From Azolla caroliniana (lineage: Eukaryota; Plantae; Polypodiophyta), in the NCBI GenBank assembly GCA_043228905.1, contig JBHGNT010000005.1, positions 11,966,001-12,030,000 of the forward strand: a stretch of DNA of 64,000 nt, written 5' to 3'. Of this stretch, positions 34,546 through 48,900 are shown piece after piece (position 1 is the first letter of the stretch; each line of letters opens with the position of its first letter). Position numbers and translations under genes: made by a program. The notes under the pieces are model-generated. The model ran no database searches, was not told the origin of the DNA, and saw only the letters and a list, made by a program, of their open reading frames with translations.

Positions 34546-35362
34546 TGTGTTATGGATTTTGGATCAAAGGCAAAGACATCACCAAGGTTTCTAGGGTGAC
34601 AAGGATTATGCAAGTTCGTGGAATATCCAAGCACATTACAATAGCAGGAGACAGTGGATGGTGAAAGATAAGGGATTAAGATACATGGAAGTTGGAGGTG
34701 ACAATGGTGGACTTTGTTGGAGTGGTCAAATTTTGAAGAAGGCAGACCAAGAACTTGTACGAGGCAAGAATGACAAGAATAGAAAATGAAGAAAAGTAGA
34801 AGGATAAGGAGGTCGACCTCCATCAGTCTATAAAAAGGGCAAGAGGACTTCTATTTCGAGGAGTTTCATCTTCTCCTTTGTTTTCTGCTGATCAACGTAA
34901 AATTTTATGGATCATGATTTGGAGATCGGAGTGACGTTTTAGAGGCCAATCCAGTTTGGTGTTAGGGCCGCCATAGTCTCTCGATTTGGCTGCATCAAGT
35001 GTTCGAGTTTCGAAGCAATTCTTGATCCATGATTGAGTGGTGGAAAGGTTGCTGAAGCTTAGGGGAAGGATGAGGTATGGAGGCTGATTTGGATATTTGT
35101 GGAGGGTTTTTTGGCAGCCATCAACAGTCGCTATCGTTGGAAGTATCAGCCTTCCTTCCTATTGAGAGTGGTCACTTGCATGAGCCATAACTTAGCCATT
35201 CAGAATTCGATTTCTGATCCATTTGTCCTATTGGTTTCCTCTTTCCATCATCTCTTCTTTGAAGATGTACATGTATCCTTATTCTTCCATAATATCTGGT
35301 TTTTCCTTAAAATACTGATCTCGAGTTTCTCTAGGTAGATCTCCTTATTTAAGGTTTTTACA
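34546..35362 (+). mobile_element. Probable solo LTR (817 bp) just downstream of the PPR gene
   Basis: TGT...ACA ends, TSD CATTG / TATTG with one mismatch, and CTATAAAAAGGG near 34828. Confidence 0.55.
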
Positions 35363-36505
35363 TATTGGTAATACAATGTTCTGATTCTCTATCTAGTGCA
35401 TACTTCAACCCACATCACATAGTTTGAAGCCTTTTTCTTCCATGGAATGCATAAAGACATGAGTAGAGACCAACTTTGTAGTCTTATAAGATTCAGTATT
35501 TAAAGCAGCAAACAGACAAGAAAATCACATGGCTTTAACTATAATATGGCACACCAAAGGCAATATAAGAGTTTATGAACAATGATGGTGCTCCAAAGAT
35601 AGTACAAGGTGCATAGATAACAAGCCGCATTATATATTATTGAGGTAATGACAGGCAATTACTAACCTGATTTATCAAGATGATGTAGCAGTTGAAACAC
35701 AATATGACGGTGACAATTCTTTGACCAGCAATAATTAGAGCCCAGTCAGCATAACAAATCTCATCGGCTCAACATAAATCAAATGTCTTCTTTAAATTAC
35801 ATATCATCAACAAAATACACTGCCTGCTACAGAATGGAAGCACTAACCATTTACAAAAGCAAAATTAGTGAAGGAATATGGCAGGCCATAAAAAAGTAAG
35901 AATTATTGAAGTGTGAACATATCCGATTGTCCAAAGACCACATTCTATTCACAAGCAAAGCTGAAGCAAACAAGTCGTTTATACATCTATTTATTTTTCC
36001 AAAAACTGTTTATACATCATGTTAAGTAAGAATCACTTAAAGTGAGCTATTTTCGTGGGGTTCTGCATCATTACTTCCTCAAATTAAATAGTACTATGGA
36101 AACTTCTGTATAAAGTACGTCATACACAATTTATGATCTATATACCTAACTACTAGCTAGCAAAGCATCCATCAATTTCACAAGTCATATAACAGAAACA
36201 CATGTCTACCTACATTTATAATGAAAAGATTGTTTTCTGCTTAAGTGAAAGAAATCCTTCGAACAGTTAAATATTAAGTTGTTGCAAGTTCTTACCAAAT
36301 AAGCATTCTAACTTCTAAGATATATATTTATAAACACATCCTTTAAAAAACATCGGCACCATTATTACATTGAATGTGGCACTCTAGTCTCTATCCTACA
36401 AAATTTTGCAAGTCTTTTCATAAGTGACGGGGCTGAACAGATGTGAATAATCAGAATCTGTACTGCACTAGCCTAATATAAAAAAATTATCTGAAACTAG
36501 AGATT

Positions 36506-37622
36506 TCAGAAATTTAAGGTTCTACAAGCTTTCCCCTTAGTCGTTGAAGGAGAAGTCTGACAAGCATTAATATTGGAGGAAACAATGGCAGGAGAATTTC
36601 CTGCACCAGCCCAATGTCTGAGTTGGCCAGGACGAATGAAAACCTGAACCTTCCTAACACCAAGAATATGTCTTCCTGGCTTAAGCTTTGCGCTCAAGTA
36701 AGGTGTGAGGCCATGCCGAACAGATGAAGGAACTCTCTCATTCCTCGTTAACCCACTTTCTTTAATATGTGACGAGACTGATATTTGGCTTGATTCTGAA
36801 GTGGTCGGTACTTGAAGACAAAGGGAGACAGAATCATCATGTATTAGTCCAAAACTCTCAGAAACATCACAACAGCGAGAAGAAGTCGTCAGCGTTGAGT
36901 TAGCCGGACCAGCAGCTCCAGAAGTTTCTGGATCCTCATAGCATAGCAAATCGTCACCTTTTTCGCCGTTAACTGAGACTTCTGAGATGGACTTCAGCGA
37001 GGAACTTATCTGAACAAACGCAGCGCGATACAAAGATAAATTAGCAGAAAATGTTCGTAAAAGTAATCAAAATATTATAAGAAGAAGACTTACAGTAGCA
37101 GCTTCATGACCAGTTTCCAAGCCATGATAACAACGTCCAGAATATTTTTTATCTGAGATGAAATTCAGCCTTGAAGTTTAAGAATTTCCTTTGATACAAA
37201 CACTCCAGTTTAAAATCATCAGTTAATGCTCATACTCCATACCTTCACTTATAGACGAAGATGCTGTGGAAAAAGATGGAGGAAGCCACCTTAGCTTCCC
37301 ATCTGAGGACTTGGAAAGATGTATGAGATTTCCTCGAACAGTGCAAATGTCAGAAATCTTGGATCGTGTTTGACAGGAATCACTTTGAGGTGTTTCTGGC
37401 TCCGTAATAAAAGAAACTCGCTGGTATTTAACAAAATTGATGTAAGAAGCAGCTCAGACGGAAAAACATAAATGTAGTATTTCTATGTGCACTCAGAATG
37501 ATTCTAAAATTCAATGTTCCAGTATGGAATAAAGTTATGCAGATGCAGAAGCTATTTACCTTTGCATCTTCATAACACATTCCGTTTGCTTCTTCACAGT
37601 AGTTCTCTTCGCGTTTCAGCAT
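36506..37622 (-). CDS. Spliced gene for an uncharacterised Ser-rich protein (about 267 aa, 4 coding exons)
   Basis: Exons 37622-37560, 37420-37243, 37152-37094 and 37009-36506 have GT-AG boundaries and compatible phases (0,1,0). A probable 5' UTR exon ends at a donor at 38231, with CT-rich leader tracts at 38340-38640. Confidence 0.7.
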
Positions 37623-38337
37623 TTTGAAAAGTAAGTATATGGATTCTGTCGGGCACTAAGCCTACCGTGAAGAGAAGCAAGTTATCAAACTTCAGATCAG
37701 AAGAGTAAGTGGCATTCATTCTCATGCACTTCGTCAATGTCATAAAAGAACGGAATACACAAATCGGAGAAGAACGGGTCTTGAGATAATAATTTACTAG
37801 TAGCTTACTATTTACTTCCATTAATGTACCCATAGAAAATGGTTGATGTTCAAACTTTTTCAGAAAAATGTGATAACTAGACAAATAGATGACGGGAAGA
37901 AACTTGTAAGTTTCGGTACTGCTTTATAGAGCATGTCAATATCGATATAAAACCAGAAAACCTTGCAATCACGAGTTAAATGGAGAAATGCAAAACCATA
38001 TGAAAGCAAATGAATTGAGAAGGTGTAAACATTGGCAACAAATTGGAAAAATGGTAACTTAACACAGATAAACAACATTCCAACAAGGGATAAGGGATAC
38101 AATGACAGACAAGGCATACCTAGTGTGATTCGCATGTATAATGCTGCTACATGGAAGGAAGAATACGGACATGGAGGGAAAATATAGTGCGGATGTAGAA
38201 TTTTAAGATTTGAATCAAGGCGTGAGTTACCTTTGAGGGAGCTGTGAGACAGGTTGCGATCAGTAGAAGTTCGAAAATGCCATAGGTTGATCAAACCGAA
38301 GGAAGATGAGGTACGGTCAGAATGCAGAATTCTTGGC

Positions 38338-38339
<2 letters not shown>

Positions 38340-38377
<38 letters not shown>
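38340..38377. repeat. (GA)n tract in the probable 5' leader/promoter of the unknown gene
   Basis: Direct repeat; CT-rich on the coding strand, as is common in plant 5' UTRs. Confidence 0.8.
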
Positions 38378-38380
<3 letters not shown>

Positions 38381-40668
38381 CGATCAGTAGAAATTCGGAA
38401 ATGGCGCAGGGTTAATCACAGTGAAGCAGAAGGATGGAAGAAAAGGAAGTTGGATGGGAGTGCAGAGAGAGGTGGAGGAGGGAGGGAGGGAGGGGGTTGT
38501 GAAGGGGCTGAAGGAAAGAGAAGTTGTAGGGGGAAGGAGGGCCGTTTGAGAAATTTTTGGAGAGAGAGACACAGAGAGAGGGAGAGGGACAGTCTCTCTC
38601 CCTCTGTGTGGGCCTCTGAGCTCTCTCTCTCTCTCCCTCTAGAGCTCTAGAGCTCTCCACATTTTGGCGCCATTTCCCGTCTGTAAATAAACAATAGTAA
38701 AGGAGTAGAAGTAATGTGCGCTGACGTGGAGATCTAATTAAACGTAGCCATCGCAATAATCATAAGCATAATAATAATAATAATAATAAGAGGGAGGGGG
38801 GGGGATTTTAATTTGAATTCCAAATTTGGGGGGGAAAAATCTGATCCACAGAGGAAGAAGAAGAAGAAAAAGAAAAACACGATTCTTCGTCTTCGTCTTC
38901 TTCTTCCTATTACATGCAATTGTTATTCATTAGTTCGAACTAATTAACACTCTCTCATGTATGTATGTATGTATTGTATGTATGTTACATGTATGTATGT
39001 GGGCCAAGTTCATCAACAGGGGCCCATAATATGAATGGATCACACTTGACCCCCCCCCCCTCCCCCTCCATCCTTTCCTCCCATAATGAGAATACACATA
39101 ATATCCCTATTCATCCCAATCCTAGCCACCACCACCCAGTCTCCCTTGAACATTAAATCTATTTATGCCCCTCGTCGGTTTAGGAGAATTCTAATTGGTC
39201 CTCCTGTGCAAGCTCTTCTTGTATTGGCGTGATGGCATGCAACAAAACACCTTTAGTCAACTTCTCTTGCAATGTATCCACCACACGGAAGTCGTAAGAA
39301 AATAATACTGATAAGTGATATCTATATAAAATTTAACATAATTTTCACATATTTGTTTCGGATTTTTTTTCTCTTTAAACATGAGAGTGCTTCTTTCCCC
39401 AAGCTTGGTCATGATTTGTGACAGGATATCTAAATTCTTGAACCCATGAGGTAGCCCGATGGCTTGAGATGTTGCTCTAGTTTTCCACCCTCACTATGCA
39501 TGCGATCACAATGAATGTGGGTGTTCCATTGCCATCCCTAGCTCGCTTGGCTTATATTGAACTTTAAACCTCGTCGATGTCATAGATACTAGTGATGCAT
39601 CTCACATTGTTGCCATTGCAAGGGAACCGTAGCCCTACCTACGTGTTCTCAATAATAGTCATTTGTGTCAGGTGTAAACAAACTCATTGTACTCAATCAT
39701 TGCAGCAAAAAAATCATGGAATGCATCGGCTTCCAATGCCTTTGTTCGTAACTCTCAATTAGCTTATGCATAGACTCTTGCATATGAAATTGGAGGAAAT
39801 TGCAAACCTTGTCATATGCTTGTCTATGCACTCCCAACACTTATGAATTTCCATGAGGCAAAAACATAAGAGTGAATAAATAATCTAATCATAGGAAGCA
39901 CCAACAAAACTAAAATGGCAGTTTGTCGTTATGCCAATTGGTTTGTACCATGGAGATTCTTGCCTCACGCACACACAATGATACAATAGATGGCTTAATA
40001 TTTGTTAAAGCCTATATAAATACCACTGTAAATTAAAAAAATAGTGAAAACACATTGGGTGAATGAGTCCATTAAGATATAGATGATTCCAACATATATC
40101 GAGGGAAAATGTAGTAAAACTAGCATAGTTAAGTACCTTATAGTTTCTCAAATGAAAATTTAATAATAATGAACATGTGTCCAAATATTCAAATGACTTG
40201 AGATGGTCACATAATCTTTATTTGTTTTTGGAGAACGCATATATTATGGTTTATGAGTATGGAGGCTTGTTTGAATCATGTACTCCTTGAGAACACATAT
40301 TTCGTGTATGTAGACTCTTAAATTAGCCTTCCCAATAGCATCTAAGTTCTTACAATCAAACAAGTGTCACAACTTATAACTTCACGACAGACATACAATG
40401 AGATATAATCTCAAAACTCAAATACCCACACAACCTTACAATTCACCACCTCCTCAGTGTTGTCACAATTGCTCAACCCATAAATAATAAATAATAATAA
40501 GATCTTTAACACTGAGGCCAAAAATCTAACAAAGGAATTAAGATGGTACCACTTGACCTCGTTATTATGGAAGCAAAGGAATTATAAAAAGGTCTTGAAA
40601 CAAAAAATGAGAACAAAGGGAAGATCATTGCCCGTAGGAAAGAAAATGTTTGCTTACATCATTGTTGG

Positions 40669-41128
40669 GAACAGTCAGCAACAATTCAGTTTGAATCGAA
40701 CTGAATTGTGAAACCGTGGCTTAACGGTTTAAACACTTTGGTTCAAGTTCAAGTTTTTCTTAACGGTTCGGATTCAATGGTTTAATGGTTTTTTAATTTT
40801 TTAAAACTTTTTAAAAATAAAATAAAATAGTTTTAAAACAATCATTTCATTTTAAAGCCTAATTCTCACATTTTAGGAAAATCTTTAAATTTTTTTAAAA
40901 TTAAAATTTAGAATAATGAAAATTTTTAATTTGAAATTTGAAATTTGACCTAAGTTGAAAACCAAAACCAAACCACGAAACCGCGTTTTTAACGGTTTAA
41001 TGGTTTGGATTTGTTATTTAATGGTTCGATTTAAACAGTTTCGTGTTTCGGTTTGGTTCAAGTTTAAAAAAAATTAACGGGTTGATTTTGATACTCTCAA
41101 ACCGAACCAAAGCCGTTGTCTATTGTTA
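40669..41128. mobile_element. Older copy of the same hAT MITE family
   Basis: Colinear with 26110-26626. Decayed TIRs GAACAGTCAGCAAC / GTTGTCTATTGTTA; 8-bp TSD ATTGTTGG / ATTATTGG. Confidence 0.85.
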
Positions 41129-41361
41129 ATTATTGGTTATTAATTTTTTATATGATATATGTTTTATTTGGGATTTGGCCATGATTCCACCAAGTCATCA
41201 AGTTTGTATCCTTTGAGAGTGTATATACTTATTTGGTTAAATTTTGTGCAGAGATGGTACCTTGACAATTCTTCGCACAAATATAATAAAATTTTAATAT
41301 AGGCAATTGGATATGCTTAAAAGAAGTTAAAGATATGCGTGTTGAATTCGTATAGCTAATG

Positions 41362-42170
41362 TGTCAACCCAATGTAAACGTTTTGTATAAACTGAATTAA
41401 CGATGACATAAGCTAGACTAATAGCAGATCATCAAACTTGATAATCACGCAACCCTATGCAATGGTCAATGCAACTAAATTGCATTATTGGAAGTTTATT
41501 ATTATTACAATGGTTCCAATGTCCATATATTTGCAATGTACAAAACATCATAAAACATAATGAGAAGTTAGGGACATCCATCTCTAGTTTTCCTACTTGA
41601 AAACATTAACTCCCATGCAAGGTAAGAGAAGAGATCTACAGGCAAGGCCAAACCTATGTTTAGGATGAAGCTTTGACTCTTTTATTTTCATGAGTTTGAT
41701 GCTACAGTGTAAACCACAAAGTGAACGTCAATAGACGAAGGTAATAAATGAGATAAGCTTCTAGTAATAGTAACCATAGCGGAGAGGAGAGTGTAGGAAT
41801 GAGAAAATGGTCGGAAATCACCATCTGTGAGAGAGGTAAGGAGAGAGCCAAGAAATCTTTAGATGGTAACACATGTGCATACAATGCATTTCATGTTTAC
41901 TATTTCAATGGTTGATTTTGAGTGTGTGTAGTCCAAGGTTTTGCTTTGCTAACTCTTTATCAAAGCAATGGTTCTCTTTTTGAAGCAAAAAACACATGGG
42001 GGTTTTTTGGGAAAAAAAAAACACATGTAGGGTTTGATACTTTGTATGCAAAGTTCAAGTTTTGATGACTCTTTATCAAATCATTTGGTTTCTTTATGGA
42101 GTAACAAAGCACATGATATATGTCTAAACTATGTATGACATATACAAAGGTGACATCCCTCCTTTTGAGG
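41362..42170 (-). mobile_element. Probable 3' LTR (41362-42155) with PPT of a decayed LTR element
   Basis: TGTCA...TGACA termini; minus-strand purine tract AAAAGGAGGGA directly before TGTCACC. Confidence 0.5.
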
Positions 42171-45100
42171 ACACGCCCATCTATATTTTGTTGACAATAT
42201 ATTTGCATAATGAAGAATGTTATTAAAACATACCAAAGTAAAACATATATAACATTATTTTTACCTTGGTAAGAAAATGTTATCTACGAGTGTTCCATAA
42301 CATCATCTAAACTTGGGATGAATTGGAAAACTCCCGGCACTCAAAATACAACATTCAAGAGCATATATTTGTTGTTACAAAAGGGCTAGTTGTTGTTCTT
42401 AGGACATCTTGATGTGCAACAACATAAAAAAAGAACATATTAGTTGTTCTAGAACATCGAGCACTTTGATGTGCAAGAACATAAAAAACAAGAACATTAT
42501 AAAATTTATAGAACATTGGCAACCATGATATGTAAGAATGTGGTAAACGAAAATTGGTCAAATCTAGGTGGAGATGTACCTCAAGTGGTATTGCACACAC
42601 CCTCCACATCATGCTGGTTTCGAATGCACATTCGAACATTTATGTAAGATTGTCAAATAAAAGAAAACGGTGAATGATAAACACAAACATCCTCCATGCA
42701 AGTTGGGGTTTGAACGGCATGACCACACACCTCGATGTGCAACAATGACAACAATCATTAAAGTTATGCCATGGTGAGACAACACCAAAACTATGACTTA
42801 TAAGAACAAAACTCACACAACTACGAATTGTTGTGCGGGTTTTCTATACAATATCTTATTTTTCAAACCTTAGTCTTAAGTTTTTTTAAAAGATTTCCAA
42901 GGGTGATATTTTGCCTTCTTTTTCTTTGTGGAAAACAAGATTTGCAACCATTATTGGCTACTCCAAATTTACCACCCGCAAACACTCGAGAATCGAGATC
43001 ATATCCATGTTTCCACTACCCTTCATTGACCACACACCTTATTGACTTTAATGCAACGTTTTTTTGCCCCTAGAGTCAATTTTGTTTTCCAAAAAAAGAA
43101 AATCTTCATTAGTAGAACTTCTGCATACATGATGAAATGATTAGTCTGAAAACAATACAATGGCTCTAGCCATGGCGACCTATAACAAAGCACAAAGAAG
43201 CAGAGTGAAAGACTAAAAAGAATGACATTGGACATCCTATATGTAACGAACATCTAGATAAACCCTTTTTGAGGATGATTCATCCTAACATTCTTCCATT
43301 GAACAATCAACACATACTAGTGCGTTCGAATTAGTTGAAAAATTATCTGCATTGTGGAAGCAGTGGATATCTTGAGAATGTTCCTTAATTTTACTTTCAG
43401 AATGAAGAGCTTGGCTTAAATTCTCCACACAAGAATCCATGCTAAAAATATTTTCCGCCTCAACATTAGGCTCAATTTGTCTTATCATTTGAGTCAATGA
43501 ATGATACACATTGAGCTATCACCTACAACATGCTTGGCAAATTTTTGTACTTCAACACTTGCTTCGGTTGTTGCATTTGTGGGCACCAAACTTTCCATGA
43601 CACCGATGCAATTGTTTTCTTCAACATTTGTGTACAACAACCTATTATTTTGTTGAAGAGAGAAAGTATAATCTTGGATTGCATTTTGAAGTAGGTTCAT
43701 AGATTCTACACTAATACATGCTTTAACTTCAACATCACACTCTTCAAAAGACATCACAACCAAGTATGCATGCTCACCAAAAGGCTTTATATCGTCATTG
43801 AGATCTACATCAGAAAGAGTTTCTTGCAGATGTTCATAATCTTTCATACATTCCATTTCAATAGAAACTTTGGTGCTATATTAGTTAAATAGACATACAC
43901 AAAAGTGGGAAGTGTCTAAATTATAAACACAAACATTCCCAATAAAGGTTAGGTGGGCTTGGGCCCTAAGCAAAACCTCTTGATGCTTGGGGGACATAAT
44001 GCAATTGGTGGAAAATCAAGCCATTACACAATAATGTATGAGGAGTAAATAATTGCTAGCTTAAAATCATGCAAGTGGACCCACCAATATAACATGATGT
44101 GTAGGAATCAAACTCATAATGTAACCTGTAACCGTGACTTTGCGAGCTTTTCCTATAGAAATGGTTGGGTTTGTAAGCAAAACTAAAGCTAGTTTGATTT
44201 CCAAGCAAAATAACATCAATAAATTTAAATTTTAATCTATGTTCTAAATTCAATAGTTTTGTTTCCCAATAAACACCACTTGATTCCAAAGCATGTCCAC
44301 ATAACTTACAACCAACCTCACCACCACGGGAACTCAACCACTCTCTTGTAGGGATCGACAGTGTGGCTAAGAACCCACAACCAAGCCTTTATTTTTTTTG
44401 GCGTATCCAATGCCCATAGTCTCCTCCAAAATGACTCCAAGTCGTCATCTGATATGCATTTATCCTTCGAGCTAATAGATTGCTATGTAGACTTCTGAAT
44501 GAGTGTCGAAAAACTTATTTTTTTTGGGTGAAATTTCATTCTTTTATGTCTTGTATTGAATGTTGCGTACAATATGCATAGGAAAAAAATGAAGGCTCGT
44601 ATCATGTAGTAATTTGGTTACACGAGGTATTACGTCATGAAGTGAGCGCAAATGATAATTAGTTTTCATTGTTTTGTTCATCCATTATGCTGAAATGAAT
44701 TGGGTGCAGTATATCCCAACTACCACCCGTTCTTATATATCAAATTAGAGATGGTAATGTCAAATGCAATGACTTGCACACATTACATGAACACATTCGA
44801 CTAAGCACAATAGTCCATGCAAAGTCTATGAATCAATTGTGATATGATTATATCAAAGCAATAACATGAGGATTTACCATTGCATATATGCTTGAATATG
44901 AGAACATTATAGTCGCACATGGCCTTATACTTAAAATATTTATTTTGCATGATGACCTCTAGGCAATACAAGTAGAATACGATAGCACATTCTATTACAT
45001 CAATAATGGGACTCCTAAGACGAACCACACTATTGCAAATGATGGTAAAAAATCATTCCCATAAATACAATAAAAGGGAATACAAGCTTAGAGCTACATT

Positions 45101-45979
45101 TCAAATTCTATAATAGAATTACATTATTAGATGTACAAATTTGTGGAGAATGAAGTTGTGATAACTTTTAGATGTCCATTTCATCACAATATCAAATGCA
45201 ACATGAAATTTCAATCTACAAAATCATGGCAGTTGTTTTTTTCTGAAAAAAAATGCTCCCCATTAGGTAGGTGAATCACATATACAAATCAAGCTCATCA
45301 TGGGAGTTGTTTTTTTGATACTTCGCAGAGTTTCTAAATGGCGAATTCCTTTGAAAAATCAATCAAACAATAAACTATCCAAAATCACGAGGATTTAAAT
45401 GTGCTCCGTTGGTGTTTAATTCATTATTTATAATAGTTCAAATTCAATTGAATGCAAAAATAATGAGGGCATAAAAGAGCTCCAATTTCTCTTGTTGTTT
45501 AACACATAATAGTAAGGCTTAATCATTTCATGCAATGATTTAGTTGTATACTTGTTGGATGAGAATGTTGCTGTTTTTTGAAAAATTGAAAGACAAATAT
45601 CTTTGAGGGTTAAACCACAACTTCCACACAATTACCCCTTGTCATATCTTGCAAACCAACAATTATTATTTAATGGTATGAAGTTCCAAACAATGCTCAC
45701 AAACATTATAGATGAAAAATATTGTTAAATGGTTTTTGTTGATTGGAAAACAACAAAAAATGTGCTTCACAAATTCTCATATATGTAATAATGTATGTAC
45801 CTCATTTATCACATTTGTTCTCACCAATTTTAATGACTAACAAAACCAAAATACATTTGATCTGCACTACTTTCAAACAAATAGCTTAGTGCAACCCAAG
45901 ATGAAACTTGATGATGTATCATGCCATAACTATTTTGGTGAAATTCTTTTACATGAGCTTATTTGGTATGGTGATTATT

Positions 45980-48900
45980 AAATTTTTTTTTCCAAAGAAG
46001 AATATACTCCATTAGTTAAAACGACATGCAATACACAACATTAGACATTACCTACTTCCATATGGGCTACATCACTTATTTATCTTACACTAAATAGCCC
46101 ACATGTTTGTTCTCCATGTTTGTCGTGTCATTCACGCCCCTCTATCATCTAATGGGAGGGGGGAACAACCATCTTGGTACTACGTATTGCCATTGTATAT
46201 CCACTCCAATTTCTACAGCCATTGGTGTAATACACCAGCGTTTTCTGAATCTGAGGCATCATCTGTTCCATCAATCTGCTCATATTGGGCCCTCAATGTA
46301 GTTATTAACGTGCGCCATATTAGCTTAATAGATTCTGTTGGAGGCCGTTTGTTTGCTAAAAATACCCTGGTACATCTTGTGGTCCAAATGTTCCATATGA
46401 TAATGGGTGCTAGCAACATCCATAGATCTTCAAATTTTTGCTTTTGGGCATTACTTCTAGGTGCATTGTTACCAGCGATCAATCGAATAGTTCCATTCTC
46501 CCCTCTGTACATAGTTGTACACGTGCTATCAAATTTCTCTACGTCATCATCAAGACAATTCCAACATGCATGTCCCCAATTGAGGGTAAATGAGCTAGAG
46601 GCATGGCAAAGCAATCGTAATGCCCTTCTCCATACAACCGTAGCCTCATGACATTCCTAGAGACAATGGGAAATGCTTTCTAGTTGTCCACATGCACTAC
46701 ATCTAGGGTCTACATTGGGTCCTTTAGCCCACGCCCCTACTAGCAAGGCTCTATGCACAATAAGCCCTAAGCACATCATTATCTTGTGGTCACCAATGTC
46801 ATGCCATATCATTTTCTAGAATTTAGCTAATCTCCTTTCACTAATGCCCTCTTGTATCCAAAATTTACGAGATGCAATATCTTTGTGTTCTTGTTTTAGG
46901 ATAATTGCCTCCTGATCTTCGTGTTGTACCTGAAAAATTGCACCAACTTGGCACCATCACTTTGACCTTGAGTTTTCCAGAAATACATTGCGGGGTCCCA
47001 TGATAACTTATTTGAATGCCCTTTTATCGGCCAACACATTGTCGTTGGTTTGAGCTCACTCAGCTCGGGGTCAACTATCATATCCTTTCCATTTTTTGCA
47101 AGCAACCTAATCGGCCTTTCAGTTTGATAGGCTGGTTGCTCACATATTACCATTCTATGCTCTATTTTGTAGTAGCATGCCTCATTAGATCCGGCTTTCA
47201 TTCCCTTAATTCCAATTAGATAATTTCAACATCGATAAGTCTCGTTCATTCCATTTCAGAGGGACTTATGGTTGCATCTTCCAAGATTTGCCCACTGCGT
47301 GCAAAGGCATCTTTAATCCTCATTAGCATGCATTTACCCCTGTTTATCCTCCATAGTCTAGCCTTTTGAGTGCCCAATCATTACATAGAAATCTCTTCCA
47401 ATCTGCCAATGTATTCCCTTGGGCATTGATTAAATTGGCCCATTTGAAGCCTGCCTTTTGTCCTATCATCAGCCCATCCACATCTCTAATTAATGGGTTC
47501 CAAACAATAGGCATGTACATTCGAGCATATGCATCATTTCTCCACCTACAAACGATTCCCTTTCTCATTCCATTCCATGCCTTCATAATTCCAACAACAC
47601 ATATACTCTGTGTACATCCTTGGCATTTGGGTCGCATTTTTGGCACAAACCCCCAAAAAGCGCTACTTGGCCAACTTCCACCATGTCTTGGCAACCACAT
47701 CTTCCATTTGCATCGCTAGAGAATTTTCCAAGGTGCCTTAGGTGGTTGCAAGCTCATGACCACCAATTTGCCTAGCAAGGCCTTCGTTTGCACCACAGGA
47801 TCTATTAGTCCCACCCCACCTTCACTTTTATCTTTTATGAGTGTAGTCCATGCAACCTTTGCACAAGCATGTTTTCCCTCTGTGCTCCCCCATAAGAAAT
47901 TTCTGATCAGCCTTTTTATCACTTTTATCGACTTGGGTGCGATTATCCAACATGCTGTAGTATGCCATATTGTGGCCATTAGAACCTGATTTGCAATCAC
48001 AATCTTGGCTGCAAAGGATAGTTTTATTGCATTCCACCATATTAACTTCACTTTTATTTTGTCCACAAGTAGAGTGTAGTGTTCTGAGCGATCAATGTCC
48101 ATCCCGATTTTGAAACCCAAGTATCTAGTAGCTTCTCCTCTCCTCAACCTGTCTGAAATTAGGGTTTGGAGCCCAATTTACCACATGCTTATTGCTAATC
48201 CAAATGCCCACTGATTTATTCCAGTTTATTTTTGCACCCGATCCCCTACTAAACTCATTTATTGCACTTTGTAGTCTGTCCAAGTTGTTTGCATCCCCCT
48301 TAACATAGATTGTTGTATCATCAGCATATTCTGTATCAAGCATCATTCCTGCATCCTCGGGTAGGGGAAGACCTTGTATTTGCCAATATCTATCACCAAT
48401 CTGATAATGCAAAGCTTCCGCTGCAATAATGAATAGGTACGGGGCCAATGGGCATCCTTGGCGTACCGATCGTGTCATCCTAAAGCTCTTCCCCAAGCTT
48501 CCAACCATTAAAACCTGGTTGGAAGCATCCCTATAAAAGGCAGCCAATCCAAGGATCCATTGCTGCTCGAAGCCTAGGGCATCCATCACCGCTTTTAGGA
48601 ATTCCCATGAGATCCTGTCATATGCTTTTTCGAAATCGAGTAACATTACTGCTAGGTCCACTCCTTGCTCCTCCGCCCATGCTGAATACTCCCAAAAAGT
48701 TATCACATTGTCAACAATGCTCTGGTTTTCGAGGAAGCCAGTTTGTGTTGTATGTATTATGTCCCCTAGGACCGTTTTCAATCGACTACTTACAACTTTA
48801 GCCATGATCTTATAGGCATTAGTGAGAATCATCAAAGGTCGCCAATTATCAAGCATAGTTAGATCATTCCCATCCTTGGGAATTAAATAAATCATTCCTC

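Noticed and set aside
43285-43856. Acidic minus-strand ORF remnants
   Set aside because: They are interrupted and have no splice structure or recognisable domain; probably decayed retroelement internal sequence.
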